NCBI GenBank assembly: GCA_965215015.1
Contig: OZ244042.1
Span: forward strand, 4,896,001-4,960,000
Origin: Candidatus Poribacteria bacterium
GTDB lineage: Bacteria; Poribacteria; WGA-4E; PCPOR2b
Length of the DNA: 64,000 nt
Direction of reading: 5' to 3'
Shown here: positions 31,342-42,377 of the stretch, piece by piece
Layout of the letters: each line of letters opens with the position of its first letter
Position numbering within the stretch: position 1 is the stretch's first letter
Program-made: the position numbers and the translations under genes
Notes under the pieces: generated by a model
The model's database searches: none
What the model was told of the DNA's origin: nothing
The model's input: only the letters and a program-made list of their open reading frames with translations

Positions 31342-34260
31342 ATGTACCGAAGCAAACAGATTTTATCCCAACTCTCCATTTATGGCTTAATTTTCAGCTT
31401 GATTGCTTCCACCAGCTGGGCTGGCTATAAACGTATCAACGAACCGAATCCAGCCGACCCAATGGCAGTCGAAATTTATCAGTTGGACAACGGCTTGACT
31501 GTCTATCTCACCGAAAATCATGAAGAGCCGCGATTCTATGCGGAGATTTCAGTCCGTGCCGGGAGCAAGCATGACCCCTCAGACGCAACCGGCATCGCTC
31601 ACTATCTGGAGCACATGCTCTTTAAGGGCACTCAGAATTTCGGGACCCTCAATTACGAAAAAGAGAAGCCGCATTTGGATAGGATCACAGATCTCTATGA
31701 ACAACATTTCCACGAAACCGATCCAGAAAAACGGAAAGAAATCTATGCCGCCATTAACGAAACCGCACAACTCGCCACCCAATACGGCATCCCCAATGAA
31801 CTCGATAAGCTGTACAAAGCAATGGGCGGGCGTGGGGTGAACGCACATACATGGGTGGAGGAAACCGTGTATAAGGTCGATCTGCCCGCTAACCGCCTGA
31901 AACAGTGGGCGGTTATTGAATCAGATCGCTTCATTGATCCGGTGTTCCGCCTCTTCCAGACTGAACTGGAAACCGTGTATGAAGAAAAGAACCGGTCGAT
32001 GGACAGTAAGGGTCGCATCATCAGTGAAGCGGTTAGGCGCCTGCTTTATAAGAGTCACCCGTATGGGCAACAGACGACCCTCGGTTCAATCGAACATCTG
32101 AAAAACCCATCTCTGAAGCAGATGTACCAGTTCTACCATACCTACTATGTGCCCAATAACATGGCAATCCACATCTCCGGCGACATCAATAGCGAGGAGA
32201 CTATCGGTATTATCGACGAGCATTTTTCGCGGTGGGAACCGGAAGCACTTCCTGAAGCGAAAACGTGGAGGGAAGAACCACTTCAAGGCGCCGAGCGTGT
32301 AACGGTCAAATATCAGGCTGAGGAGTATGTACTGCTTGCATTTCGCACAGCGAGCCGCAATCATCGTGATGCAGAAGCCTTGAAACTGCTCGACATGACC
32401 CTAGATAACGCAACCGCCGGACTAATCAACCTGAACCTCAATCAGGGGCAAAAAGTCCGCGAGGCTGGCTCCTATCCCTATCTTGACAACGATTACGGAG
32501 CACAATATCTGTGGGGTATTCCTAAGGAAGGACAATCTCTTGCAGAGGTTGAGGGGCTCCTCCTAGAACAGATTGAGCTCATCAAAAAAGGTGAGTTTGA
32601 AGAATGGATTATTCCAGCGGTTGTGACCGACTTTAAGAAATCTCAGAAGGCAGATTTGGAGTCGAATCGTGCGCGGGTGAGTATCATGCGCGATTCGTTC
32701 TTAGCCTATCAAGATTGGGAGACCACTGCCGGGGAAATCTCACGCCTGGAAAAGTTGACCAAACAGGACATTGTTACTGTAGCTAACCGATATTTTGGCG
32801 ATAACTATGTCGCAGGCTATCGGGTGGATGAACAGCACGAAGTCCCCTCCATTGAAAAGCCTACCCTTGATATAATTGCGATTGATGCCACACGGCAATC
32901 CGATTTCGCTAAGGGAGTCCTGGAGATGTCTGTGGAAGAGATTGAGCCTGTCTTTGTCGATGCGGCCACAGACTATCGGATCGCCGACTATCACGAAGGA
33001 GTCAAACTCTACTACGCTCAAAATCCTATCAACGACCTTTTTGCCTTCACGATTTCCATTGATGTCGGCATCCGCCACAATAATAAATTGGCTATTGCCG
33101 CGCAACTGCTCGATAAATCCGGCACCCCGAAATACAGCAGCGAAGATTTGAAGAAGGAGTGGTATAAATTGGGCACCGATTTCAACCTCAACGTTGGAAA
33201 CAATGAAACGACTATTTCTATTTCGGGGCTTGACGAAAACTTCAGTGCGTCTTTGGCGTTGCTTATGGAGTACCTGAAGCAGCCTACCACCGAGGCTGTA
33301 ACGCTCGAAGAACTAATCAAAATTATCTTGGCGAATCGGGAGGATGCCAAGAAAAATTACCGCAGTATTCGAGGGGCCTTGGTAAATTACAATCGTCATG
33401 AGGAGGATTCGCGCTATCTGCGGTTGTTACCCAGTGAAGCTGTCAAGAAGCTAACGGTGACAGAACTCCACGAAGTCATTCAAGGGCTCTTGAGCTACAG
33501 ACACACTATCAGCTATACCGGTTCAATCCCGCTTGATGAAATACGAGCGGCCCTCAAAGCGCATCATCCTATCTCAGGGGCTTTGGTCGCACCCCCACCT
33601 TACTATTTCCTCAGAACGCGTATTCCTGAAAAGACCGAGATACTGTTCTTCCATAAAGAATTGGCGCAATCGCAGGTGGACATTGAATTTGGGGGTGAAG
33701 ATTACAACGAAGCGAACAATCCCGCCATCCAGCTCTATAACGCTTACTTTGCAGGAGGAATGTCTGGTATCGTCTTCCAAGAGCTACGCGAAGCACGGGC
33801 ACTTGCCTATTCCACATTTGCCAGATATGCAACGGGCAGCCGCAAGGGTGAGCAAAATCTGATGTGGGGATATATCGCGTGCCAAGCGGACAAAACGCCG
33901 GAGGCAGTGAAAGCCCTCATCAATCTTATTGATAACCTGCCAGAATCGCCTGAGCGATTCGATGAGGCGCGCCAATCCAGAATCAATCGGTATCGCACGG
34001 CAAAAATCGGTTTCCGAGAGGTGATTGGTGCCGTGCGTTCTTGGGAACGCTTGGAGGTCCCAGTTGATCCGCGAAAGACACGCTATGAATCGATCCGGAC
34101 GTCGAATATGGACCTAATGCTCCAATTCCATAAAGCGCACATTCAAGACAATCCAAAGCTCATTTCTATCGTTGGAGATCGGAACAAGATGGACATGGAA
34201 AGGCTGGCGACGGTTGGTCAGGTGATAGAAATCGGCTTGGAGGATATCTTCGTCGATTGA
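31342..34260 (+). CDS. M16 (insulinase) family zinc peptidase, secreted
   Basis: GIAHYLEHMLFKG (HxxEH), signal peptide, FQELREARALAYS. Confidence 0.93.
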   Translation: MYRSKQILSQLSIYGLIFSLIASTSWAGYKRINEPNPADPMAVEIYQLDNGLTVYLTENHEEPRFYAEISVRAGSKHDPSDATGIAHYLEHMLFKGTQNFGTLNYEKEKPHLDRITDLYEQHFHETDPEKRKEIYAAINETAQLATQYGIPNELDKLYKAMGGRGVNAHTWVEETVYKVDLPANRLKQWAVIESDRFIDPVFRLFQTELETVYEEKNRSMDSKGRIISEAVRRLLYKSHPYGQQTTLGSIEHLKNPSLKQMYQFYHTYYVPNNMAIHISGDINSEETIGIIDEHFSRWEPEALPEAKTWREEPLQGAERVTVKYQAEEYVLLAFRTASRNHRDAEALKLLDMTLDNATAGLINLNLNQGQKVREAGSYPYLDNDYGAQYLWGIPKEGQSLAEVEGLLLEQIELIKKGEFEEWIIPAVVTDFKKSQKADLESNRARVSIMRDSFLAYQDWETTAGEISRLEKLTKQDIVTVANRYFGDNYVAGYRVDEQHEVPSIEKPTLDIIAIDATRQSDFAKGVLEMSVEEIEPVFVDAATDYRIADYHEGVKLYYAQNPINDLFAFTISIDVGIRHNNKLAIAAQLLDKSGTPKYSSEDLKKEWYKLGTDFNLNVGNNETTISISGLDENFSASLALLMEYLKQPTTEAVTLEELIKIILANREDAKKNYRSIRGALVNYNRHEEDSRYLRLLPSEAVKKLTVTELHEVIQGLLSYRHTISYTGSIPLDEIRAALKAHHPISGALVAPPPYYFLRTRIPEKTEILFFHKELAQSQVDIEFGGEDYNEANNPAIQLYNAYFAGGMSGIVFQELREARALAYSTFARYATGSRKGEQNLMWGYIACQADKTPEAVKALINLIDNLPESPERFDEARQSRINRYRTAKIGFREVIGAVRSWERLEVPVDPRKTRYESIRTSNMDLMLQFHKAHIQDNPKLISIVGDRNKMDMERLATVGQVIEIGLEDIFVD

Positions 34261-34302
34261 AGTCTGTTGATCGGATTTCTAAGCCGAACACGACTTGATA
34301 CT

Positions 34303-34594
34303 GTGAACAACACATACCTTGTCATTATACTAACCGCACTGATTGGCGAACTTGTCCTTCGTCGTTGCGCGTTATTTGTGCGTCAATCAATCGTGATGGA
34401 ACCTGGCAGTGTCCAAGCTGCGATCCACAGTTGGATAAAGACCGCAACGCGACGGTTAATATCCATAGGGTGTGGGAGTATGTCAACACACTTATCGCAC
34501 CGATGTTTAACAAGTTTACACAGTCATCCGCCGGTGCTTCAGCGTATCGCAGTATTACGTCAATTCGGCAGCGGGTTGCGCGCATCTTCAGACT
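34303..34594 (+). pseudogene. Collapsed M48/Ste24-like peptidase remnant containing a TnpB zinc-ribbon fragment
   Basis: Fragments NNTYLVIILTALIGELVL, LIAPMFNKF and SHPPVLQRI flank WQCPSCDPQLDKDRNATVNI. Confidence 0.6.
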
Positions 34595-34613
34595 GATTTT
34601 TTTATTAACACCA

Positions 34614-35666
34614 TCAAACCTTCCAGCTCAACGGCACGGACAGTTCTTGTGCAAGCACATCTAAGTCCGCTGCCAACTGGGACGGAATTGGAATGCCATC
34701 CCTGAGATACTCAGCTCGGCGGCGATAACTGCCCTCGCCGGGCCACTGCGCCTCGCCCTGCTCTTTCGCCGCCGGTGCGGATTTTAGGTGGGCTTTGAGC
34801 ACCTCAGTCCTTTCCTTTAACCAGTCTCCGTGAGGCCGGATAGCGATGAAAAGCTTCGAGGAGCCTCCCGATGTATCCGTCGGGTGCCCCTCCGTCCCTA
34901 GTTCGTAGCAGAGCAAGCCACCCGCTAGGCCCGCTGTCAGGAGCTCAATCATGAACGCTAGCCCGGAGCCCTTATGTTCACCCATCGGCAGAAAGCGTTG
35001 GGATTCGACAATCGCCTCCGGATCTGTTGTCGGCTTTCCCTCGGTGTCTAAACCCCATCCAAAGGGAACACGTTGGCCCGCCTCGGCGGCTTCCCGGACC
35101 CGACCAATGGCAGTCTGCGTCATTGCGAGGTCCAACACAACCGGCTCGCCCCCATCCTCCACGGGTACACCGATAGCCATCGGGTTATTCCCTAGAGACG
35201 CCACAGAAGTTCCCCACGCAGGAAAGTTAATGATAGCGTTTGTAAACACCAACCCAATCATGCCGACACGCGCCGCCCGTGCTGCATAGCTATATCCACG
35301 CCCCCAGTGTGCCACACCGCGGATAACCGCCGCACCGATGCCGTAGGTTTCGGCACGTTCTATTGCCATATCCATCCCGACAGCAGAGACATAACGTCCA
35401 ATGCCTCGGTCCGTCTCCGCGAGTACCGAAGCCGGATACTCTGCAAGAACTTTCACTTCCGGGGCTGGGTTCGTCAATCCGGTTTGGATGTTTTCAACCA
35501 TCACCGGCAGCAATCTCACGCCGTGTGAATGCACGCCACAAAGGTCGACCTCCGTGCCAATCTCTGCCTCTACTTCCGCTACATGTAATGGCGTACCAAC
35601 AGCCATCAGCGTCTCTTTGAAAAATTGTATCAGTTCAGGCTGCTCGATTCGCTTTGAATCTACCAT
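34614..35666 (-). CDS. Ldh_2 family (malate/L-lactate/ureidoglycolate-like) oxidoreductase
   Basis: GVHSHG, HWGRG, LGNNPMAIG, HKGSGLA. Confidence 0.9.
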   Translation of the reverse strand: MVDSKRIEQPELIQFFKETLMAVGTPLHVAEVEAEIGTEVDLCGVHSHGVRLLPVMVENIQTGLTNPAPEVKVLAEYPASVLAETDRGIGRYVSAVGMDMAIERAETYGIGAAVIRGVAHWGRGYSYAARAARVGMIGLVFTNAIINFPAWGTSVASLGNNPMAIGVPVEDGGEPVVLDLAMTQTAIGRVREAAEAGQRVPFGWGLDTEGKPTTDPEAIVESQRFLPMGEHKGSGLAFMIELLTAGLAGGLLCYELGTEGHPTDTSGGSSKLFIAIRPHGDWLKERTEVLKAHLKSAPAAKEQGEAQWPGEGSYRRRAEYLRDGIPIPSQLAADLDVLAQELSVPLSWKV

Positions 35667-36026
35667 TATCGAATACCTCGACTTAGAAAATAATCCATGT
35701 TTGAATGAAAAAGAGTTGGTTTCCCATCAACTCAATTAATGCTATAATTGACATGAAGGCCCTGAATAATAGTAGGGAATAAGTAGTTACTGACTTCCCG
35801 TTTTCCTCTTCATCAGGGCAGGTACCGATTTCGTTTCTTCGTCTCTCCCGATGAAACCGTGAATCCATGATATGGTAGGCATCCCCTTTGGAAGGCAACC
35901 GAATCGGGACTTGCGGGGGCTTAGGGGTGCGACGTTGCGTTAAATTCAGAGAAAAGCCCCTATCTACTCATTGCGTAATAGTATTGACCTGCGTGAGACT
36001 TGAGGAATGTAAAAGGAGAACCGATT

Positions 36027-36764
36027 ATGGCATCTTTTGACGAACTCGATTTCAAACTTCGCACCTTCATGCAACTCTATCGCTATCGACGTTACGACTC
36101 AACGCCGCACACCCCATTACAACGACCATTAGCAGAGTGTCGAGTTGCCTTAGTCACGACCGCAGGTCTACATACAGCGTCTCAGGAACCGTTCGATGAT
36201 CACTTCAAAGGCGGCGATTATTCCTATCGGGACATTCCCAACACCGTTGATGTACAAGGGTTGACAATCGCGCACAGAAGCACAGCATACGATCAGACCG
36301 GCAGCTTTACAGATCGAAATCTGGTGTTTCCGCTCGATCGCTTTCGAGAGCTAGAACAGACGGGCAAAATCGGGCAGCTCAACGATCGACATTTCAGCTT
36401 TATGGGGTCACAAACTGCTCCGGGGAGGTTAATTAAACGCACTGCCCCGGAGGTTGGGCGGCACCTCAAATCGGATGGCGTGGAGGTCGCCTTTCTGACC
36501 CCCGTCTGACCGCTATGTAATCAGTCCGTTGGGCTGATCCAGCGTGCAATCGAGGCGGTTGGTATCTCAACCGTTTCGATTACTTTAGTTCGGAGTATTG
36601 CTGAGCAGGTCAAGCCGCCCCGAGCCCTTGCTGTGCCATATTGCTTCGGCTACCCACTTGGGGAGCCGAACAACCCAACCCTGCACCATAAGATCATCTC
36701 AGCTGCGCTCGCTCTTTTACAGGATAGTCAACCTCTCCCCATTCTAGAGACGTTTACCCTTTAA
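36027..36764 (+). CDS. Selenoprotein of the PrdB/GrdB (D-proline/glycine reductase B) family; Sec at TGA 36507-36509; 245 aa
   Basis: VALVTTAG, DRNLVFPLDRF, FSFMG. Read-through gives LTPV-U-PLCNQSVGLIQRAIEAVGISTV...KPPRAL..FGYPLGEP to TAA 36762-36764. Hairpin ATCAGTCC-GTT-GGGCTGAT lies 10 nt after the UGA. Confidence 0.92.
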
Positions 36765-36997
36765 TCACTTTAACAGATTTACTATGAATGAACTCCATCA
36801 ACCGATGCTACGGAAAATCAACAAAGAAAAGTTCATTCGTACATTAGGGCTAACGCAGTTGAACCCTCGAAGCCTTGTAGATCTATACTCATATCCCCAC
36901 ACCGAAACGTCAATTTCAGCGAGGGCAGGCTCTGCACCCTTATGACAGATTCGGTGTGAACACCTTTCAACGCCCGCCCGATGAATCGGGCGGTGAC

Positions 36998-37510
36998 AGT
37001 GAATCCCAAAGTAGTAGGGGCATTCCGCCGTACCATCCCCCCGCTAAACACCCTGTGGGTTGTCCGTCAATTCCTGGCGCATTGAACCTACCCCCCTCAA
37101 TCCCCCCGCAAGCAGGGGGAAGAGATACCGTATGGGTATTTGGCACTTCTTTTCCCCTCACCGCTTGCGGGGAGGGGCTAGGGGTGGGGTTCTTAGGGGG
37201 GTTCTTGCGGTTACGGCATACGGAGTATGCCTACTGCTGTCGGTTTTACCCCCCCCCGTCTTTGAGTGAATCCCAAAGTAGTAGGGGCCCTCCGCCGTAC
37301 CATCCCCCCGCTAAACACCCTGTGGGTTGTCCGTCAACTCCTGGTGCCTTGAGCCTACCCCCCTCAATCCCCCCGCAAGCGGGGGGAAGAGATATCGTAT
37401 GGGTATTTGGGACTTCTTTTCCCCTCCCTGCTTGCGGGGAGGGGCTAGGGGTGGGGTTCTTGCGGTTACGGCATACGGAGTATGCCTACTGCTGTCGGTT
37501 TTACCCCCCG
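36998..37510. repeat. Direct tandem duplication (period about 267 bp) of a composite palindromic repeat
   Basis: AGTGAATCCCAAAGTAGTAGGGG...TTTTACCCCC occurs twice; contains CCCCCGCAAGC(A/G)GGGGG and TACGGCATACGGAGTATGCCTAC palindromes found elsewhere in the window. Confidence 0.85.
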
Positions 37511-37770
37511 CCTTTGATTGGAGAGTGTATCAACAGTTGCAAACTCGCATCATTTAGTTAGTATATTTTTCACCTAGAGAATGATCAATCAGTGTTTCTT
37601 ATTATAACATAGGAAGCTGACAAGGAGAACGAAAACCGTAATGCGATTGCCCTGAACCTATCCCCCAAAGTTGTTGACAAAAAGAGAATCAAGATGTTAT
37701 CATTGCTAATATGTAATCTATCTCAATACGATCGACGCACCCCAAAATATCGCGATTAGAGGAGATGTGA

Positions 37771-40152
37771 GTGAAACACCTGAGATTTTTCCTAGCCGTA
37801 TCATTGCCCCTCGGCATTCTCGCTGCCATATCCATATCTGTCGATGCACGCCCACTAGACCCAGGGTTACATAGTGCCATTCGGTCCGCCCGAAAATATA
37901 TCAATCCCAAGTCAAGTTACGTCCCCAGCGAAATTGAAAAGTGTTTTACAGACACCTTCAACACCCTCGCCCGAAACTGGGATCGGCTGCCAGCAATCTA
38001 TCAGCGCGAGTTTCAGGGGATTTTCCTGCGCCCGGGGCAGCCCGGTAGCCCCTACAGTTCCGTCAATTTGCCAAAGAAGTTCGATACCCTCCACTTTCGA
38101 TTCCACTACACGACTGTCGGCCCGCACGCGCCACCGCTTGAAGATGTCAATCCAATGAACGGGGTGCCGGATTACGTTGATATGTGTGCCGAGGCACATG
38201 AAAAATCCTTCCATGTCGAGGTTGACCTGATGGGCTTTAAGCGACCCTTTGACGATTTTTGGGTCGCAGAAAACGGCGGCAATCATAAATACGATGTATA
38301 CCTATTTCAGTTTCCGGCACTCGGTTTTACAACAACTGATTGGTATAATGGGCGGGTACGCCCGACCGTCGCGACTTTTGGCCCCTATTTTGCCCTAAAT
38401 ACCCGTTTGTACGACTATTTTGGCAAGTTAGAGGGTATCCGATACATGGAAACAACCGCTGCCCATGAATTACTGCACGGGATTCAGTTTGCCTACAACG
38501 CACGGATGCCGGGTTGGTTTATGGAGGCTTCAGCGACATGGATTGAGTCGAAAGTATACGATGGTGGACGGGTGGACGACCTCGACGATATCCCAGATCC
38601 TGACGAAATGGGTGAGACCGATGCCTATGACTATTACACCAGACAGCTTGGCATTTTTTTAGATCAGCCTGACATTGCTCTCGACAGTCGCGTCGGTTTG
38701 CACGAATATGCAGCGGTAATCTGGGTGTTTTACATGGCAGAGCGATTCGATGTCGATATTGTCCGGCAGTTTTATGGGGATGCAACCAGAGGCTCTTACC
38801 GCGAATTTGGTAACTTTTTCAATGTCTTTGCCGACCATGGTACAACGCTAGTTGAAGCGTTTAAGACATTTACCGAGTGGAACTACTTTACTCATAGCCG
38901 TGATGATGGGAAACACTATTTCAATGGGCATCGTTTCCCGCCGGTCGCCATTCATCCGCACGATGTACATAACGCCTATCCTGTTCGCGTTGATTTCGAT
39001 TCAGAGGCGATGCCAGAGCACTTCTCGGCACGCTATATTGTTTTTGAGCCTATCCCCGGCGTTGTGATGAATGAATTCGCAATCAAAGTTGATGGCGCCG
39101 ACATCGCCCCAATTGACATGAGTTCCCTCAGTCTTACAGACCGAAACCCAATTCAGGAAGAATTGAATCGACTCAATAATTTTGGCTTGCGCGGTTGGGG
39201 TGCAAAGTTTATCGTTGAAAAGCGGGACGGAACGCACGAAGTCCGAGAAGCGTTCACTTACCAGCGTTCTCAGGAAGGGCAAATCACATTCAACGATTTC
39301 GGGGGTGATATTAAGAAGATTACGCTCATCCTGATTAATGTGCATCCGGATGTCGAGCAGGTCATTATCCCCGGCGGAGACTATTTTGGCGGTGCTGTAA
39401 GCTATATGGCAGGGCGTCCACCCGCCGGGACCCTTTCGACCCCCACCGTCTCCCAGGAGGACGACGCTAGCGTGCGTGTACAGTGGCAGCTTGAAAATTT
39501 GAGCGATATTCGTGAGGTGGTTATCGTCCGAAAGCGATATACATCGTTGATTGAAACCGATGACCCGCAGCCATTCCAGACCGCCGCGGAAGTGCTGAAC
39601 GCAGCAGATCGGGATGACAATGGCATTCCCAACGATGACATCAACATCGTCGGACGGGTCAACGCAACGGACACACACTTTCAAGACACGACGATATTTC
39701 AAGATATTGATGTAGAGGATAACCGTTTCGATCCACAGGATACCCGCTACTTTTATGCTGTTGTGCCCGTTGATGCGATTGGCATCATGGGCACGCCGAG
39801 CATTGACCCAAACGGTATCACCCCTGTCTTTAACCCGTTAGCTATCCCCGCCGCTCCGATGCAGACTCGGCTACTCCAAAGTTACCCAAATCCGTTCAAT
39901 CCAGAGGTTTGGATCCCTTACGAGTTAGGAGCGGATGCCTCCGTATCAGTTGAAATCTACAATATATCAGGGCAGTTGGTACGGACATTGCCAATCGGTA
40001 TGAGAAAGCGTGGACAGTATATCGCTAAGGATAAAGCCGTCTACTGGGATGGGCGTACCCAGTTGGGAGAGCGAGCTGCCAGCGGTGTCTACTTCTATGT
40101 GCTGAAAGCTGGCGATTATGTCTCCATGCGGAAGATGGCGATTCTGAAGTAG
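37771..40152 (+). CDS. Secreted putative metalloprotease (MXAN_6640-like, HExxH) with C-terminal FlgD-Ig/T9SS-like domain
   Basis: Signal peptide, NGVPDYVD, TAAHELLHGIQFAY, WFMEASATW; C-terminal QSYPNPFNPEVWIPY...ASGVYFY. Confidence 0.82.
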   Translation: MKHLRFFLAVSLPLGILAAISISVDARPLDPGLHSAIRSARKYINPKSSYVPSEIEKCFTDTFNTLARNWDRLPAIYQREFQGIFLRPGQPGSPYSSVNLPKKFDTLHFRFHYTTVGPHAPPLEDVNPMNGVPDYVDMCAEAHEKSFHVEVDLMGFKRPFDDFWVAENGGNHKYDVYLFQFPALGFTTTDWYNGRVRPTVATFGPYFALNTRLYDYFGKLEGIRYMETTAAHELLHGIQFAYNARMPGWFMEASATWIESKVYDGGRVDDLDDIPDPDEMGETDAYDYYTRQLGIFLDQPDIALDSRVGLHEYAAVIWVFYMAERFDVDIVRQFYGDATRGSYREFGNFFNVFADHGTTLVEAFKTFTEWNYFTHSRDDGKHYFNGHRFPPVAIHPHDVHNAYPVRVDFDSEAMPEHFSARYIVFEPIPGVVMNEFAIKVDGADIAPIDMSSLSLTDRNPIQEELNRLNNFGLRGWGAKFIVEKRDGTHEVREAFTYQRSQEGQITFNDFGGDIKKITLILINVHPDVEQVIIPGGDYFGGAVSYMAGRPPAGTLSTPTVSQEDDASVRVQWQLENLSDIREVVIVRKRYTSLIETDDPQPFQTAAEVLNAADRDDNGIPNDDINIVGRVNATDTHFQDTTIFQDIDVEDNRFDPQDTRYFYAVVPVDAIGIMGTPSIDPNGITPVFNPLAIPAAPMQTRLLQSYPNPFNPEVWIPYELGADASVSVEIYNISGQLVRTLPIGMRKRGQYIAKDKAVYWDGRTQLGERAASGVYFYVLKAGDYVSMRKMAILK

Positions 40153-40480
40153 AGGCGTAAAACGCAACGCAATGAGTAGATAGGGACTTTTTTCTGAATT
40201 TATCGCAACGTCGCAAAGGTGCCTGCCTCTAGGCCCCCGCAAGCACAAGGGGAGGGGGGGCCACGAAGCACCGCAGATAGGACCGATTCCCGCTTGTAGT
40301 AGCGCAATTCATTGCGCGTAACAGGGCCACGAGACACCACAAATAGAACCGATTCGCTGAGATTGGACAAGATTCGCGGACGTCTTAAAAAATGGCTTGG
40401 CTCGCTTGCGTTTTATTAAAAGCCAGTAACTACTTATTCCCAAACATAATTGCATTCCTTGGCACTAGAGGATCTTTCAA

Positions 40481-41413
40481 GTGATAAAAAATACGATTAT
40501 TGTATCTATTTTCTCTTTTGTTTTGCTTTCTAACCTTGGTTGTGGCGAGGAGGGTTTAATCGACCCACACGGCGAAGTAGAATTTTCGCCTCGTGCTAGT
40601 GAAGGATTTCAAGCTTCCGACTTCCCCACAAACAACGGATCCGCCTGGACCTATCTTAATGTCGGATTGGGACTGTATAACCCTGGAAATGAAAGCATAC
40701 AGGACCTACTAGAGGAAACCTTTACAATTAGGATTGAAGGCATACGGGATATTAGCGGGTTCACTCACCGTCGGGCAACCGTCAGTGAAATCAGAGCTGT
40801 CGTTCTCACAGAGCGCGGAGCGGAAGAAAGATTCTTTCAAGAAGTGGTCGATCATCTTACAGCGAATGCGCTTTATTATCGCATCAACTCCGATTTTTTC
40901 CCTTTCAGGTTGCCAATTTCTTCAACCTACTTCTTAAAAACACCGCAAGCCTATACCGAATCAGCGTTTGATGTTTATGATAACTCTTTGCCGCCTCAGA
41001 AACATTTCCCGCCGCGTCTGCTTTGGGATTTTCCCCTGCAGATCGGAAAAGAGTGGACTGTCTTTGAAACCAAAACGTCATCAACACATCGGGTAATCCG
41101 CCGTGTTGTCAATGCGAATGTCTCAGTAACGGTTCCCGCCGGGAGTTACAATGAGGCTTACCTGGTTGAGGAGGAAATTGTCGGTTTGTCGCGACTGCCA
41201 GCGTTAAAATTATCTGACGATTTCCAGACACTCACGCCGGATAACTACGAACCCGCGAAATATTGGGTGGTTCCGAATGTCGGCGTTGTTAAATATCAGT
41301 ATACCTATCTATTGCCCGATAGGGAATTAGAGAATGGAGAGGTCTTCAATCTGCTTCTGTCTGGAGATTTTGAGTTGATCCAGTTTGAACTCCCCGACGA
41401 CAATTCACGTTAG
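40481..41413 (+). CDS. Hypothetical lipoprotein
   Basis: Lipobox-like NLGC; VTVPAGSY and YWVVPNVGVVK motifs. Confidence 0.7.
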   Translation: MIKNTIIVSIFSFVLLSNLGCGEEGLIDPHGEVEFSPRASEGFQASDFPTNNGSAWTYLNVGLGLYNPGNESIQDLLEETFTIRIEGIRDISGFTHRRATVSEIRAVVLTERGAEERFFQEVVDHLTANALYYRINSDFFPFRLPISSTYFLKTPQAYTESAFDVYDNSLPPQKHFPPRLLWDFPLQIGKEWTVFETKTSSTHRVIRRVVNANVSVTVPAGSYNEAYLVEEEIVGLSRLPALKLSDDFQTLTPDNYEPAKYWVVPNVGVVKYQYTYLLPDRELENGEVFNLLLSGDFELIQFELPDDNSR

Positions 41414-41546
41414 TTTACGTTTACCCATTCGCTCATTTAAAGAATGGGTACAACAGAAGCCATAGAGGCTTGCCTCTCCACCTGCTTGCGGGGGGGGTTG
41501 GGGGGTAAGGGGCACTTCTCCTTCGTATCTTGCACTTTCTTTTAAC

Positions 41547-42377
41547 ATGAGCCTACCCATTATGCAGCCATTACAATTCATTAAAAAGAAGATTAAGCAA
41601 TTATTTTACGTCCTCTATCAGAAACGCCTTCAGCGGGAGGCGAGCCAATGGCAAATCCCTTATCATATCGGAATTATCTTGGACGGGAACCGCCGGTACG
41701 CGAAAACGGAAGGCTTTTTTGATGTCGCTAAACGGCAGTACGGACACTCCGAAGGAGGGGATAAGCTAGAGGAAGTCCTCCATTGGTGCGACGAATTGGG
41801 CGTCAAGATTGTCTCAATCTGGATCTGTTCCCTTGATAACTTCGTCAATCGCGAAGAGGAGGAAGTGGCGGAAATCTTCAATGTCATTGAAACAAAGATG
41901 CGATCGCTGCTCACCATCGAAGGACTCCACACCAATCAGATTAAGGTACGTCCCATGGGAGAACTGGAGTTACTGCCGCCAAGTCTCCAAGAAGCTATTC
42001 GCGATGTGGAGGAAGCGACAAAAAACTACGATAAATTTATCCTCAACGTCGCTGTGGCTTACGGTGGACGCGAGGAAATCGTCGAAGCGTTTCGGCGTTA
42101 CCTAAAATCGGAATTGAGGGAAGGCAAAGCACCGGACCAGATAGCATCGGAACTGAGTGCGGATAAGATTACCACACATCTCTACACCTCCAATCTCCCC
42201 GACCCAGATCTGATTATCCGAACCAGCGGCGAGATTCGACTCAGCGGCTTCATGCTCTGGCAAAGTGCGTATTCAGAATACTACTTCTGTGATACCTATT
42301 GGCCCGGTTTCAGGAAAATCGACTTCCTGCGGGCTATCCGGGACTATAGCCACCGGGAACGACGGTTCGGAAGATAG
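41547..42377 (+). CDS. uppS: cis-isoprenyl diphosphate synthase (UppS family)
   Basis: HIGIILDGNRRYA, AYGGREEI, PDLIIRTSGEIRLSGF; true start may be ATG 41562. Confidence 0.92.
   Translation: MSLPIMQPLQFIKKKIKQLFYVLYQKRLQREASQWQIPYHIGIILDGNRRYAKTEGFFDVAKRQYGHSEGGDKLEEVLHWCDELGVKIVSIWICSLDNFVNREEEEVAEIFNVIETKMRSLLTIEGLHTNQIKVRPMGELELLPPSLQEAIRDVEEATKNYDKFILNVAVAYGGREEIVEAFRRYLKSELREGKAPDQIASELSADKITTHLYTSNLPDPDLIIRTSGEIRLSGFMLWQSAYSEYYFCDTYWPGFRKIDFLRAIRDYSHRERRFGR

Noticed and set aside
36956-37561. 201-aa ORF with an internal repeat
   Set aside because: It is a translation of the duplicated palindromic DNA repeats, with no RBS or protein-like composition.
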